64,000 nucleotides of DNA from Vairimorpha necatrix (taxonomy: Eukaryota): positions 930,001 through 994,000 of the forward strand of contig CP142729.1 of NCBI GenBank assembly GCA_036630325.1, read 5' to 3'. Below are positions 1-13,594 of the stretch, piece by piece. The notes below the pieces were generated by a model. The model was given only the letters and a program-made list of their open reading frames with translations. It made no database searches and was not told the DNA's origin. How positions within the stretch are numbered: position 1 is the first letter of the stretch; each line of letters opens with the position of its first letter. A program made the position numbers and the translations under genes.

Positions 1-810
1 CAGATTGTCGATTCGGTAGCAATTCAAGAACAACTTCTCTACAGTTACCTTCTACTATGCCGCCTATAATCCATTGAATTCCAGACATGGAATTCAAAGT
101 TGAAGAAGGATTAGATACAATTACCCCGTTGCATATGGCGGTTTCATCAAATTGTACACAAACAGAAGTTCCTCATATTTGGTAGCTATCATCGCTTTTA
201 GAAGCAATGACTTCCATCACTGTATCCTTGATTTTAATATATGAATATTCACATATTTTGCAAAGATCTATTGCTTGGTAAGTAGTATAATTTAATACCC
301 AGCCATAGAATGTTCTAAGAATTTTGTGAAATTGAACGCTTATCCCTTTAAACATCGTACCATTTTTAAGTGAGCTCTTCGAACTACACTTTTTATTAAC
401 ACAACGATAAGCTTTACCGTCAATTTGGCCGGAACATCCATTAATGTTCATAAGAACAGTTCGTTCTGATGTCGAACAATGTCTGCAAGCAATCGATCTT
501 TTTAGAAGACCATTATCTAAAAAAATCAATTGCTGCTTCATTGTGCCTAAAGCACGCATCTTCGCAGATATTTAGCTCCCGAATAGCTTCCTTTAAATTT
601 CTTATTAAGGATTAAAAAATTAAAATTTTTTAACCCCTTAATGAGGAATCTGAAGGAGGCATTTAAAAATTCTCAAATCGACAAAAAATACCTTAACTTC
701 ATTTTCTTGCCCCCCTCAAAAAAAAAATGTTTAGATTTGAAAAATAACACGTTTTTGTATCTTTTTATGTATGTTTTTTTTTAGGGGGGGCAAGAAAATG
801 AAGTAGCGCC
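1..810 (-). mobile_element. Merlin (IS1595/ISXO2-like) DNA transposon, decayed, truncated by window start
   Basis: ORF 173-559 has CxxC...CxxxxC N-terminus; the reading continues after a stop as GTSVCVQFDETAICNG (DET motif). Terminus GGCGCTACTTCATTTTCTTGCCCCCC ends at 810, with an internal inverted copy at ~696-715. Homology to the right arm stops exactly here (61264). Confidence 0.85.
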
Positions 811-1054
811 ATTTTTAGTATCTGTTAAGAATCCTATGTGTCAAATATATCATTTTTATGATTCATTTGACAACTTTAAAGTACAGATCATATTCATACT
901 GTTAAATATTAGTAAAACAATTTTTTGAATTTACTTTGTGATGGAGATCATTACAACACATTTTTTTGCAATAATTAATTTCGAGTATACTCTTTCTAGA
1001 AAATATTTACCATAGAAACTTTCTTTTATTTATAAAAAACATTTTTGACTCCAC

Positions 1055-1477
1055 ATGTCATTTGAGAAAGACAAATTTTTGATGAATAATAGTTCTGACT
1101 TAAACTCTTCTGCGGACTCCGAACTCAAAAATTTGAATCTTTTTTCTTTTTACAAAAAAAACGAGCCGGCTCTTACATGGAAAGAAGAAAGAGTTATTGA
1201 TAATCTAGTTGTAATGTCCAACATTACAACTGAAAATTTGTATAGCAATTTTTCCGGTATTCCAAGTTGCGAGTTTATCAATGACAAGTTACAATTTCTT
1301 GATTGTAACAGTCCTGTTGACTCTTATATAATACAAATGTATATTTATTGTGGAGTAATAGACGACTTCTCAATACTCATGAAACTGAAAAATAGTTTTG
1401 AGGATGAAGTAATAAGCACATTTGAGAAGAATGTACTAGATACGTATTATAAAAGACTAAGAGAAGTAGGGTTGTAG
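1055..1477 (+). CDS. Hypothetical protein (140 aa), possibly the 5' part of a longer decayed gene
   Basis: Open ATG-to-stop ORF, kept in both arms with 2 aa differences; coding-like sequence with stops continues to ~1800; no recognised domain. Confidence 0.5.
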   Translation: MSFEKDKFLMNNSSDLNSSADSELKNLNLFSFYKKNEPALTWKEERVIDNLVVMSNITTENLYSNFSGIPSCEFINDKLQFLDCNSPVDSYIIQMYIYCGVIDDFSILMKLKNSFEDEVISTFEKNVLDTYYKRLREVGL

Positions 1478-1883
1478 ACAAAAGAAGTAAGAAAGGCGGT
1501 GAGATACCACATATAATGAGAAATCTAATGTAAGAAAGAGAAACAAGTGGGAATAGGATTGCACATTTTGCAAATCAAAGCTTACAAGTTTGAATGGTTT
1601 AAATTATCATACTAACTATTACTCGGAAGAGAAACAAAAAATGGTGAAGCCATTTAAGTGTCCTATAGATGATTTTCATAAGAAATAAAAAATTAAGAAT
1701 GGCTTCTACTATTATTTTACGCATAGACTTATGGCGGATGCGGAAGATCTTGAAAAGCTTTTTATCAAAGTAAGACTAGAGAATGAGAAATATGAAGAAA
1801 ATTAATAAAAAATATTGTACTTTAAAATTTATATGCCAAATGGAAGCCTGTATTTCTTATATTCAAAAAAGCGTATTTGCTAT

Positions 1884-4800
1884 TGTGGTATTATCCACAT
1901 GTCAAGAAAATCAATTTTTCTAATAAAAACTTTTTCTAGAAAAATGAATTTTCTAGAATTTTATTTTTTATTTTTTATGACTGTTTATTTTTGAAAAAAA
2001 GGGCATGAGCTACAAGAAGTAAAGTCATCAGCAAAGCAATGACTGGTCACAAACAAAGACCAATACAGGCCAAAAGAGCCTTTAATATACAATTATTTAG
2101 ATATGATTTTAAACTAGGCAAAGTCCCCAGTGATAACATCAAGTTGAATTCAACGAATTAAACGTTAACAGTAACCCAGGAAACATTATAGAAGATGGGT
2201 ATACTGAATTCGAAAAGAACAAAATAGATAACACTTTAAAGTGTAAAGAAAAAATATTAAAAATATACGATATCAAAACTCAGTTCACAATTAAACAACT
2301 TCTAAGTTTGAAGAATTAGGAAAACAAAAAAAGGGAAAGATGAACAAATGGCCATATATACTTTTCATGCAATTACGATGAAAGAAAAGAAGCTCTTACA
2401 TGTAACTCGTATTTAGTTCTTAGAAAAAGGCTATTAGATATAGTTTATCCGCCTGAGCGAAAGAGACAAGACATCAGGTATTTAGATGCTATTAATCAAG
2501 CCACTTATAGTACCATTAAAAGTATGAGGAGATTGTAAGAGAAAGACTTTTAGCATATAATTATTACAATAGTCTCACTAAGAAGGAGACCTAAGATAAA
2601 AAAGAAGAATTATTTTTAAAGGAATTGAGCAATTTCACGCATTTGGAATTAACGCGTTTGAATATGATTAATAGATTTATAAATGAAATTTATGAATATC
2701 TAATTCAAGTTGAAAACGAATTTATAATAAACATGATTCAAAAGCTAAATCAAATGATTCGAACTATAACTCAGAAGCTTGTAACTTAAATGAGAAGAAG
2801 TGGTGTAGTTTTCATAAGAGTAACTTTTCCCACAAAAAGAATCATTGCTACTTGCAAAAAAAATAAAAATAATCAAAGACAAGAAAGTAATTATAAACCT
2901 GACGAAAATATGATTAATAAATTAAGAAAAAAAAAAATAATTGAAGATGTTATAGTGGAAGTAACAATGAATAACTAAAAGGTTGAGATTCAAGTAGACA
3001 GCGGATCAAAAAATATTATATTAATAAAGAAGAAGTGAATCAACTGAAATTACAAGCCGTCGAAGGCCAAAGGCTAAAACTATTTTAAACAATACAACCT
3101 TAGAATGCGATAAAAAGGTTAATGTAGAATTATTCAAAAGGATAGGGCCTTTAACACTAGCTTTTACGTATTAGAACAGGCTTCTGTTAACTTCATCCTG
3201 GGCAACGATTTCTTCCACAATGTTAACGCGAAAGTTGACTATCAAGCAGGAGTGGTAGAAATCGATAAGATATTATTAGAAATTCAAGGAATGGAGGAAG
3301 AAGTTGGAGAACGACTAGATAAATATTTAGGAAATAAGTCGGGGAAAGTTAGCGAAGATGAAAAGTTAAATAAATTTGTTGTCTCTGTCGTAGCCGATCA
3401 AATACTGACCAATCATATTTTACAAATAAACAGATTTGATTGGCTACAAAAAGTATTTAAAAACATTTATGAAAGAGGGGATGGAAAATTCTAATAAAAC
3501 GTTTGACATGGCGACAACGACAAACAATGTCGAATGCTTCACAGGAGAAGCAGGTGAGGATGTAAATGTCTGGCCGAGAGACATAATGTTGGTAAGGGAA
3601 GTTTCTAAATGGACCATTGATCAATTCAAAGCGGCATTGGTGAGCAAGCTCGGGGGAAGCATTATCATGGGCTTCCCAGACATTAGGCGGAAAAATGGAG
3701 ACAGTCAGCTTAGAGGAGATACTTCACTTAATGAAGAAAAGATTTGGAATATATAAAAACAACGATATAACACTAAGCAGGTTCCTCTCAATAACGGTCC
3801 CAGAGACGAGAGAAGATTACTCGCAGATGCTACAGGAAGCTACTGTAATATATGAGAGATCTCTTATAAATTTTGAAGCTTGGTGCCAAATGGTCATAAT
3901 AAATTACCAATGGAGATAAAAGCGCTGCTATACCAGACAGCAACTACAGTCCAGACGTGGCAAGGATTCATACAAAAGGCCGAGGAGATATCGTGGATTC
4001 CATATCCCGATAAGATGTTAGCTAGGACTAAACTACACGACAACGCGGGCAGAGAACCCCAACTAATTTTTACAAAGAAAAAGGATTTAAAAGAAGCACA
4101 ATCCACGAAAACCACTGCGACATAATAATAAACGGTGCACACTCCACGGGGAATGTAATCATTCCACAAGAGACTACAAGACGTTAACCATAATACTCAA
4201 TAGAGAAAGAAACAACTTGAAGAGAAAAAATATAAATGCTGTGGAACAATACGAAAGTGACGAGAAAGACCATGACGATAAAGAAATTGAATTTTTTTTA
4301 CACCATGTACAAAATAGTTTTAACCCGTTTTTTGTGGAAAGCCGTCTCTACAATAAAAATACGAAAGTACTACTAGACACTGGGGCCGATGTTTCGAAAA
4401 AATTACAATGACATTCCACAGGAAGAACGTAATAAAATTATTAGATATAATGGTGTAGTAAAAGATATAGGAAAAGAAATATTAAAAATAGAAGGCTAAC
4501 TATAAGACTCTATAATCGAAATAATGGAAAAGGCGTGATCTTCTCCCCCTTAATAATCAAAGACATAAAAATGCTATAATAGGAGCAAATGTGATATGCG
4601 ACAATAAAAATTTGATCTTAGATATTCTAAATGCACCAAAATATAGAATCAACCAAATGTCGAACTTCGCATGTGATTTAGAAGAGAATAAAATTTTGAA
4701 AGAGTATGAAGACGTCTTCAAAACAGAAATTAGCGACTTTAACCCCTGCACTGCAGGTAGTCATCGTATGCAGACGAACAGTACAAAGATAATTTGCCAA

Positions 4801-7800
4801 AGGAACGGAAGAATACCAGTATAACAAGAAGAGGCCGTAAATGAAGAAATCAAAAAACTCCTAGAACTTGGAATTTTAAGGGAAAGCAGAAGTCCCTGGT
4901 GTAGCAGAATACTGATGGTACCGAAGTCTGACAAAACTTGGAGAATGTGCGTAGACTATAGAGGTCTGAATAGCATAACAGTAAAGGACGCATACATGAC
5001 ACCTAGAATCGATGAGATTTTTGACAGTCTATCAACTGCAACTATTTTTACAATACTGTACGCGACTAGTGGATTCATCGAATTCCTTTACAAGAAGAAG
5101 ACAAGGGAAAGACAGCATTTTCTTATAGGGAAAAGAATACGAATTTAATCGTATGCCGTTCGGACTATGTAACGCCCCAGCAACATTTCAAAGGGCAATG
5201 GACAATATATTCAGGAAAGAAAACCATAATTTTGTGATCCCATACTTAGACGATATTATAATATATTCAAAAAACAAGATAGAACATAAGAAACATGTGA
5301 GAATAGTATTGGGGAAAATAAGAACGAGAAATCTATCGCTTAATAAGAAAAAGTGTTAATTTTTTAGATCGGAAACAAAGATTTTGGGGAACGTCATTGG
5401 AAACGGAAAAATAAAGGTAGACGAATTGTGCATTAAGGATATACAAGCGTACCCAATTCCTGCCACCATAAAGGAATTAAGGAGTTTTCTAGGAATGGCC
5501 AACTATTGCAGGGATTTTGTGACAAAGAAGGCAGAAATTACGGGACCCTTGTATGATGTACTTAAGGGCGAAAAACAGACATCTAGTAAAAAAATTAAAC
5601 TTACTGACAAGCAACTCGATACGTTTAAACCGGTTAAAAAAGTACTAATCCAAAATACAATACGTACACAGCAAAAATTTAAAGCTCCATTCATTCTGGT
5701 TACTGACGCATCTGAAACGGGAATAAGAGCAGTGCTGCTGCAAAAGAACAAAGGTGGAGCTGAAAAAATGATAGCCGCCTTTAGCAAAAGACTGGATAAT
5801 TGTCAGAAGAATTATTCAGTTACCGACAGAGAACTTCTTGGCTTAGCTAAAGGAATAGAACATTTAGACATTACCTTTTGGGAAGCAAATTTACGCTAAG
5901 AACAGACCACAAAGCCTTAATCTATCCATGGACAGTGAAGGATTCAACTAGTAGGATTCTCAGATAAGCTCTCAAATTGGAATACGACTTCGAATTGGAG
6001 TATATAGAAGGAGAGCATAAGATTGCTGATGGTTTTAGTAGAATTCACCAAGAATGTGAAACGCGTAACATTGATTTACATCAGTTATCGAATAATAACA
6101 TCAACTACATACTAGAGGAGTATCATAAAATATCAGGGCATGGGACATCAAATACCATGAAATTTATGATTTCACAGGCACATAAGTGGAAAACAATGCA
6201 CCAGGACATATCGAAATTCGTAAGCAATTGCAAAACACGTCTACTCTCAAGATATCAACGCGTGAAGACAAAGAACAAAGTAATACTTTCAGAAAGACCC
6301 AATCAGCTGTGGGGATTTGAACTGCTTGGGAAACTTTCTGACAACAGTGGAAGCGGATAATATTTGTGGCGATCGATCACTACTCTAAATGAATAGAAAC
6401 CAAGATCATACGAAGCAAAAACAGCTGTGAAATATATAGGGCGATCGAAGAATTAATCATTAGTAAGCATGGGATACCCGAAAGAATCTTGACAGACAAC
6501 GGCTTAAAGTTTAACAACAGCGTAGTACAAGCATTAGGTTCGAAGTATAATATATTATGGGGATTTTGTTCGCCATACCATCACCAGACTACAGATTGGT
6601 AGAGGGGGTCATACAAACATTTACGAACAAAATTAGAAAATTAGCAAACTATGACGAAATTGGCTGGGGAAAAGTTGTCAAAGAAGCTACATTGGCAGTG
6701 CATTTATCGTTTAACCGATCAATAGGAACATTGCCGTACATTCTAAAAAATGGTCAGCAAATAACAACAGCGATAGATGAGAGAATAAAAGTTACCCCTA
6801 AGACCTATACGAAGCAAGAACTTATACGGAAGAAGGACTTAAACTTTAAAAAATACGGCAAATAATCGTTAAAGGAAAAAAAGATATAAAGCAAAAGTTT
6901 AAAATAGGAGAAGATATTTTAGTTTACAGAGATTACCCAGGAAGTGGAAAATTAGAAGCTAAATGGTAACCTGGTTATATTATTGTCAAAATTTTAAGTG
7001 AAGACGCATTTCTTGTCAAAAGGAAAAATTCAGCAGGCGAATTGAGAGTTAACATAAGTCATATTAAGAAGGACACGTCGAAGACTGATTGAGGGGGTGT
7101 CATAGCCGATCAAAAACTGACCAATTATATTCTTACAAATGGACGGATTTGATTGGCTACAAAAAGTATTTAAAAACATTTCCGAAAGAGGGTATGGAAA
7201 ATTCTAATAAAACGTTTGACAGTCTCTACAGACAAAATAACAAAAGTTCAATTAAAGATGAAAATATAGTTAGAAATTTGACAGCTCACTACAAGAAAAG
7301 AAGAAATCTAGGAAAAGTTCTTTAAAAGAGAACGAAAACAAGAGTCTAATAAAAGAGACTAAGCGCCCTAAGAAAGTGTCTACTCTGTCTTCTGATAAAA
7401 ATGTAGAGAAGAAGTCTAAGAATGATTCTAATAATTCCTTACATGATAAAGTTTTGTCTCTAAGTTCCAGTATAAATGATTTCTATAAATTAGATCTGAA
7501 GTCGAATATTCTTGAAAGCTTGGATATTAAGCAGGAAAATGATTCTATAAAAATGCCTTCATTCAGTACACAGATAGAAGTGTCAAGGATTTATCATATG
7601 AGATCATCAAGAGAGAAGTGCCTTATAAATTATTTGAGTATTATGAGAATTTATACGATCCTATGCGAAGACCAAAATCATATAAATATACTTATAGTGC
7701 AACCACTATACAGTTAGCTAAAGTGAGAGATTTCTGCCGAGAACGCTTATTTAATCCTGATAAGGTTGGATGAAATTTACAAAATTTCGAAGAATTGAAG

Positions 7801-8149
7801 CGGTTAGTAAGAAAGGATATTGGGCCAGGTTAAAGGGGAATAAACGTTGGAGCCACATTAAAAATCTAAAGTTCCAGGAGAGACAGACTGTGGCATTATA
7901 CACATGTTAAGAATATCATTTTTTTCTGATAAAAACTTTTTCTAGAAAAAATGAATTTTCTAGAATTTTATTTTTTCTAAATGTTTTTTTTGAAAAGAAA
8001 AGCATGAGCTACAAGAAGAAAAGTCATCAATCAGCAAAGCAATGACAGGTCACAAACAAACAAAAACCAATACAGGCCAAAAGAGCCTTTAATAAACAAT
8101 TATTTAGAAATGTTTTTCAAACTGGGTAAAGTCTTCAGTAATAACGTCA
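1884..8149 (+). mobile_element. Outer Ty3/gypsy-type LTR element (gag-protease remnant, no RT), hosting a nested element
   Basis: LTRs 1884-2141 and 7889-8149 (TG...CA), TSD GCTAT. Protease motifs VDSGS (~2993) and FILGNDF (~3192); integrase-tail-like end at ~7750-7875. Confidence 0.85.
3386..7221 (+). mobile_element. Ty3/gypsy LTR retrotransposon (gag-PR-RT-RH-IN), frameshifted
   Basis: LTRs 3386-3508 and 7098-7221, TSD GTCTC, PBS TGGCGACAACG, PPT GAGGGGG. Motifs LLDTGA, WRMCVDYR, MPFGLCNAPATFQ, YLDDI, VTDAS and integrase. Confidence 0.95.
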
Positions 8150-8509
8150 GCTATTACGAAAAAAAAAATACTTTTGATATTAATGAGTCATAAACAATTT
8201 TATTTGTTCAATAATTTAGTGTAATTTTTTTTCTAAAACTATTACTAAATGAGCTCATTGTGCGATAATAAAAATTTAAATGATCTTAAGAATTTATGGG
8301 GGTTCATGGACTAAAAAAAGACTATATTAAAAAATATATTCGTTTTGAATGAAGAATTAAAAAATCGTAGTAAAAACCAAAGAAAAAAAAATCAGAAACG
8401 TATAAAGAGATTGTGATTTAAAGCATTGCCAATTGCTAATGTGTGAAATAATTGCCCTATTAAAAAATTCGTCTCATCCCTCTAAAAAAGTTATTAAACA
8501 GACATTTAA

Positions 8510-11500
8510 GTCTAATATCAGCATTAGTGTAAAAAAGGGGTCAAAATTTTAAATAAATTGTCCATTTTCTAAAAAAAAGAAAGAATGAGAAAACTTCAAA
8601 AAAAAAAACTAACTTGTATTAAATGTTATATTCTGTAATATGGTTGACCCCAATTTATGATAAATAAAGACATGGCGAACACAAGAAACAAAAAGTCGGC
8701 GCGTGAGGACTGTGGTCAGGTGATCAGAACGATACGGAATGAGTTTAGTATTATTATGTATGGATTGAGATTGATTGAACAGGAAGGGATTGAATTAGAA
8801 GATATTTATAGTTTAGGTTCAGAGGATTTGAGAAATTTTATGGTAGAATATGTGAGGAAGGAGGACGGAATTGAGAAAATGAAGAAAATTTTAGATGAGA
8901 TGTATAGAGTAGAGGAAGAGCAGAGAGGAGAGAAAGAGATGTTGAAGGAGATGGCGGAGAGAATCGTCAGAGAGGTAAGAGGAGAGATTGAACAGCAGAG
9001 GCGTTAGGCTGTGAGAAGAAGAGTTATAAGATTTTATGAGTGTCAGAGAATGGGACATAAGAGTGATAGATGTTATTACAAATATAAAGGAAAAGAAAAT
9101 AAAAAGGAGTGCAATGCAGTCTACGAAGATGATAGTAGTGTTAGTGAGCGGAGTGGATATAGGACGACAGCAGCCGCGAAGAGGCAAAAGAAGCCTACAA
9201 GTAGAGAACTTAAAAAAAGAAAAAATGAAGTTGAGGCAGCTGAAAGCGTTTTAGTACTTGAAGAACTGAAGACAAAATATAGGAAAGTGTTTAGTTCAGA
9301 AGACGAGGTTATAGAATATTTTCGATTAAGAAATGTAAGATAAAAACACAGGAGGGTGCTAAAATAGTGGAAAAAGGACAGTGCATACCTCAAGCATTAA
9401 TGGAGGATACTGGAAATTTTATTAAAGGACTGGAAAAGAGGAAGGTAATAAGAAGGAGGAATTCGGAATGGAGAAATCCAATAAGAGCGTTACAGAAAGC
9501 CAGATGGCGGAATAAGGCTATTGAGTAATCTGATGGCCTTGAATGATTTGGTTGAAAAGGATCCTTATTAGTTAGTTAATATAAGAGACATAATTAGGAA
9601 TACACAGGGTTCAAAATATTTTACGGTAATTGACTTTGAGGAAGCATTTTATAATATTGAGATCGACGAGGCAGATAAACATAAAACTTCATTTGAATTT
9701 AACAGAAGGGTCTATGAATGGAATAGTATGGTTATAAGATACAAGAACTCCCCGCAGATTTTACAAAAAATATTGAATAATCTGTTTGAGAGACACTTGG
9801 GAAAAGGAATAGAAGTGTATATGGATGATATTGTTATACATGCAGCGACGAGAGAGGAGCACGATATATTGTTAGGAGAAGCACTTAGGAAGTTGGAAGA
9901 TAATAAGATGATGATTAATATTAATAAGGTACAGTTATGCTTGAAGGAGGTAAAGCTATTGGGGGTTACACTGAATGGTTTAGAGATAACACCGTCTGAA
10001 AGAAAACAAAACGAAACGTTAGAATTCCCAAAGCCATAAAACGTGTCAGAAGTAAGGAGATTTTTAGGATTAACAGGATGGTTCAGAAGCTTTATAAAAA
10101 ATTATGCGGATTTAACGGTACATTTGACCGACAGTTTGAAGGGTAAAAACGAATGGAAATGAACACAAAATATGAAAGATGAATTTGTTAAGTTATAAGG
10201 AAAGGTTAAGACTTTGGGAAAGTTGAAGATAATAAATTATGAAAAGGAGTTTTTATTTAGAACAGATGCGTCAAACATAGGAATGGGCGCGGTAGTAATG
10301 CAAAAGAATGCCGAAGAGGAGTGGGTGCCGGTACAGTGGGCTTCGAAAAAGGTTACTCCCACGGAATCAAGATACGGAATAAGCGAGAAAAAGATGTATG
10401 CGGTCTACTGGGGAATCAAAAAGTTCGAATATGAATTAAGAGGTCACAAATAAAAAGTTGAAACAGACCATAAAGCTTTGATAGAAATCAGGAGAAAGCC
10501 ACAATTCGATAATAATAGGATTATAGGCGGATAGAGAAAGATTCAAGAGTTCGATGTTGCAATTGAGTACATGAAGCCAGATATAATGGTAGTGGCCGAT
10601 GCGTTAAGTAGAGCGCCCGTTGAAGAGACTGAGAAAGAGAAAATGATAAAGAAAAGAACAGTGAAATAAATTGAAGGAAAAGAGAAGAAACATACAGTAT
10701 ATGAAGATGGAAAGGAATACTGGGTCTTTGATAGTGGTATAAGAGCAAAGATACCAAAGGAGGAAAATAGGGCAAAGTTAATAATGGATTATTACGAAAA
10801 TGGAGGTCATAGTAGTGTTGGAAGTGTTTATTATGCGATGAAGAAGCTTTACTTTTGGTTAGGGATGAAGTCAGAGATTTATAATGAGTTTTTGAAGTGT
10901 GAAAAATATCAAATTTATAATAGGAAAATGTCGGGCGGATGTGATTTTATTAGTACCAGTAGATATTTAGAGAAAGTAGCTTTGATATGATCGAATTTCG
11001 CGACAAATGTAGGTACGTTTTGATTGGTGTTGATTACCTTACTAGACTAATTTTGGGAATGAGCATGAAGGAAAAAAAGGCTCAGAATGTTGCTTGGTTT
11101 ATAGAAAGTTTATGTAGGAACGGAAACCGACCAGAGGAAATAATAACCGATAATGGCAAGGAATTTGTTAACGAGGATCTTAGGATATTATGTAGAAGAT
11201 TAGATAATGCTCGCAGACAGATAAGCGTAGAAAGCCACCATAGTAATGGACGTGTAGAGAGAGTAATAGGAACATTATTAGAAGCTATTTTGAAAATGAA
11301 AGGCGATGATTTTGACGATAAGGTTATGAAAGCGATTGATATGTATAATAATAGTTACCACAGTGGGATAGATTATACAACGAAAGAGGCAGTTTTGGAT
11401 ACTAGTGGAAAAGATATGATAGAAAATGGTCCTGAAGGAAGAACAAGTAAGAAGTTTGTTAAAAAGAAGAGAGAAAAGTTTTACAGGAATCAGCAAGTAC

Positions 11501-12674
11501 GAGTAGCGAAAAAAGAAAATTTGAAGGGATGTACTGAATATGAAAAAGGACGATTTCTGGAGAGGGAAAAATTTACGCGATTTGTGGAGGAGATTCTTAT
11601 ATTGTACGATTGGAAACAGGACGGCTGGTGAAGAAAAGACATTATGATTTAAAAGGGGGTTTAAGTAAGTATGAGACTAACCGTCTTGGAGGGGGATGTT
11701 ATATTCTGTAATATGATTGACCCCAATTTATGATAAATAAAGACATTAAATAAAAAATGTAATTAATAAAATTTAAATATATATAAATTAAAAATATAAT
11801 ATTAATAATACTTTAAAAGTTTCCTGGCTCTCATTTTTTTAATCATATATAGAGTTAATAAATTTCGGCAAGTTCGTATGTCTACACACATTGGATAGAG
11901 AGGCCTCAAGGGGTCTTAATATTTTTTGATGATGTTTATATGAACATCTGTAACTCTGTTTATATGTTCGACTATGATTTACAGTTATAAGGTCCGCATA
12001 ATAATGTCTTAAAGTATATATGCCTTCCATATAACCGAATGGATGACATATAGAGATTTACCCATTTAAGCACGATGGAAAATAATGTATCTTTGTTTCT
12101 TTTATTATTTATTACGAGGACTATCTCCTTTGCCTTGGTTTTTTTACAATTCCGAAACACCAAACCCCCTTAACAAGCCTCACCCTACGATATTTAATTT
12201 TGACGATTTTACTCTCATCTTTCTCTACTATAAAAAATTTCTCTTTTATCCGTTTTATTATATATATACGCTTCTCATGAATTTTTAATTTATATAACTT
12301 CTATGGAAAACTTAAGTTTTGTATGTTACTTTCCGATAATCTTAAATATTAATTATTTTTATTTCTAAAATCCAGAAATTTACTATTTATAACAAAAGTA
12401 AATATTCTGCTTAATTGTATGCAAATACAGTATGATTCCAAATTGAAAATCTATGTTTTACATTTTGCAGCCTTACACCTCGAGGGCGGTTTCATTTGAT
12501 ACTCTTCTTTACCAACCTCATTTTATACTTTTCTGGTAGTATTTTTTGTTTGCTATATATATATATAAAAGTTTTGATTTCCTCATTGCTTAACTTCCCT
12601 TGCTTTTTTTAAAAAAGGGCAATTTTTTAAAAATCTTGACTCCCTATTTTTTTACACTAATTCTGATATTGGAC
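8510..12674 (-). mobile_element. Inverted-repeat-bounded Merlin remnant interrupted by a Ty3 element
   Basis: ~55-bp inverted repeats at 8510-8565 and 12617-12674. Minus-strand fragments WCFGIV, RNKDTLFSIV, WKAY and TVNHS at ~11890-12180 are ISXO2-type. No clear TSD. Confidence 0.6.
8624..11745 (+). mobile_element. Ty3/gypsy LTR retrotransposon with 49-bp LTRs, decayed
   Basis: LTRs 8624-8672 and 11697-11745, TSD TTAAA, PBS TGGCGAACAC, PPT GGAGGGGGA. CCHC knuckle, YMDDI, RTDAS, integrase TDNGKEF/NGRVER. Confidence 0.95.
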
Positions 12675-12749
12675 ATAATTAATTACTGAACACTTTTGTA
12701 AAAATAAAGAAGTGGCACGAGGAATACAAAATTTTTTTTCTATATTGAC

Positions 12750-13530
12750 AACGTCTGTTGCGCCAAAAAATCTACTAAAAATTTATTGATACGATCATGA
12801 TTTGATCCAAGGCCTTTTCTATAATCGTATCTTAAGTATAAACTATAATTTTCAATCTTATTTGTATCTCCACCTTCGTTGTTTTCAAATTCTTCCTATG
12901 ATTTACTATTTTATGCTTTAATCCAAAATTATCCACGGCTTTAGTGTATGATGTATTTCCATAGTAACAACAATAGTTCACATAAGTATGCGTTTTTAAA
13001 CTCTACTTTCAAAGTTTCGTGTTTTCCGTTATGAATTAATGTAACATAAATTTCGTTCAATCACCTCTTCGACTCCTCCAAGTATCAATTGTATTTTAGT
13101 AGTATCGTCTTCTATGAAGACAGATTGACAATTACCAAGCCATTTAATATGATAGTTTCAGCGACTTTAACCCGTATATTTTCTTCCTATATTTTTTTCT
13201 TTCAAGAAGTCTTGCTTAGAATATCCAAAAATTATTTTTTAAATTAAATATATGTTGACTCGGCTATTTTGAAGATAAATACTAGCTTGATAGTTTAAGT
13301 AAGAAAAGGCCCGCAGATAAACCTTTCAGAATCTTCTAAAATTTGATGGCCAATTTATAATCAAGTGTTATTTCTTAATTTGCTTTTTTTCTAAATTTTT
13401 ACAATACATATAAGAATTTTCTCTTCATTAAGAAAGGAATTATAGCACGGACATGTTACCTAAACATGAATATAAATACATAAGCTGTTAAGTATTATTA
13501 CATCTAAATTTATTTGAAAGTCTATTGCAA
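12750..13530 (-). pseudogene. Merlin transposase remnant
   Basis: Fragments ILGGVE, SYTKAVDNFGLKHKIVNH and TNKIEN (TDGY is clearer in the mirror copy at ~46438); many stops. Confidence 0.7.
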
Positions 13531-13594
13531 AATCATTATCTTGAAATATAGGATTCTGTTGAGCCCAGTTTCCTCCCTTTCTAAAATTCTTGCA

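Noticed and set aside
3894-4169. Short antisense ORFs over TE coding regions (e.g. 3894-4169, 5503-5787, 8891-9187, 50215-50541)
   Set aside because: Shadow frames of retrotransposon genes; recurrence is explained by the duplication.
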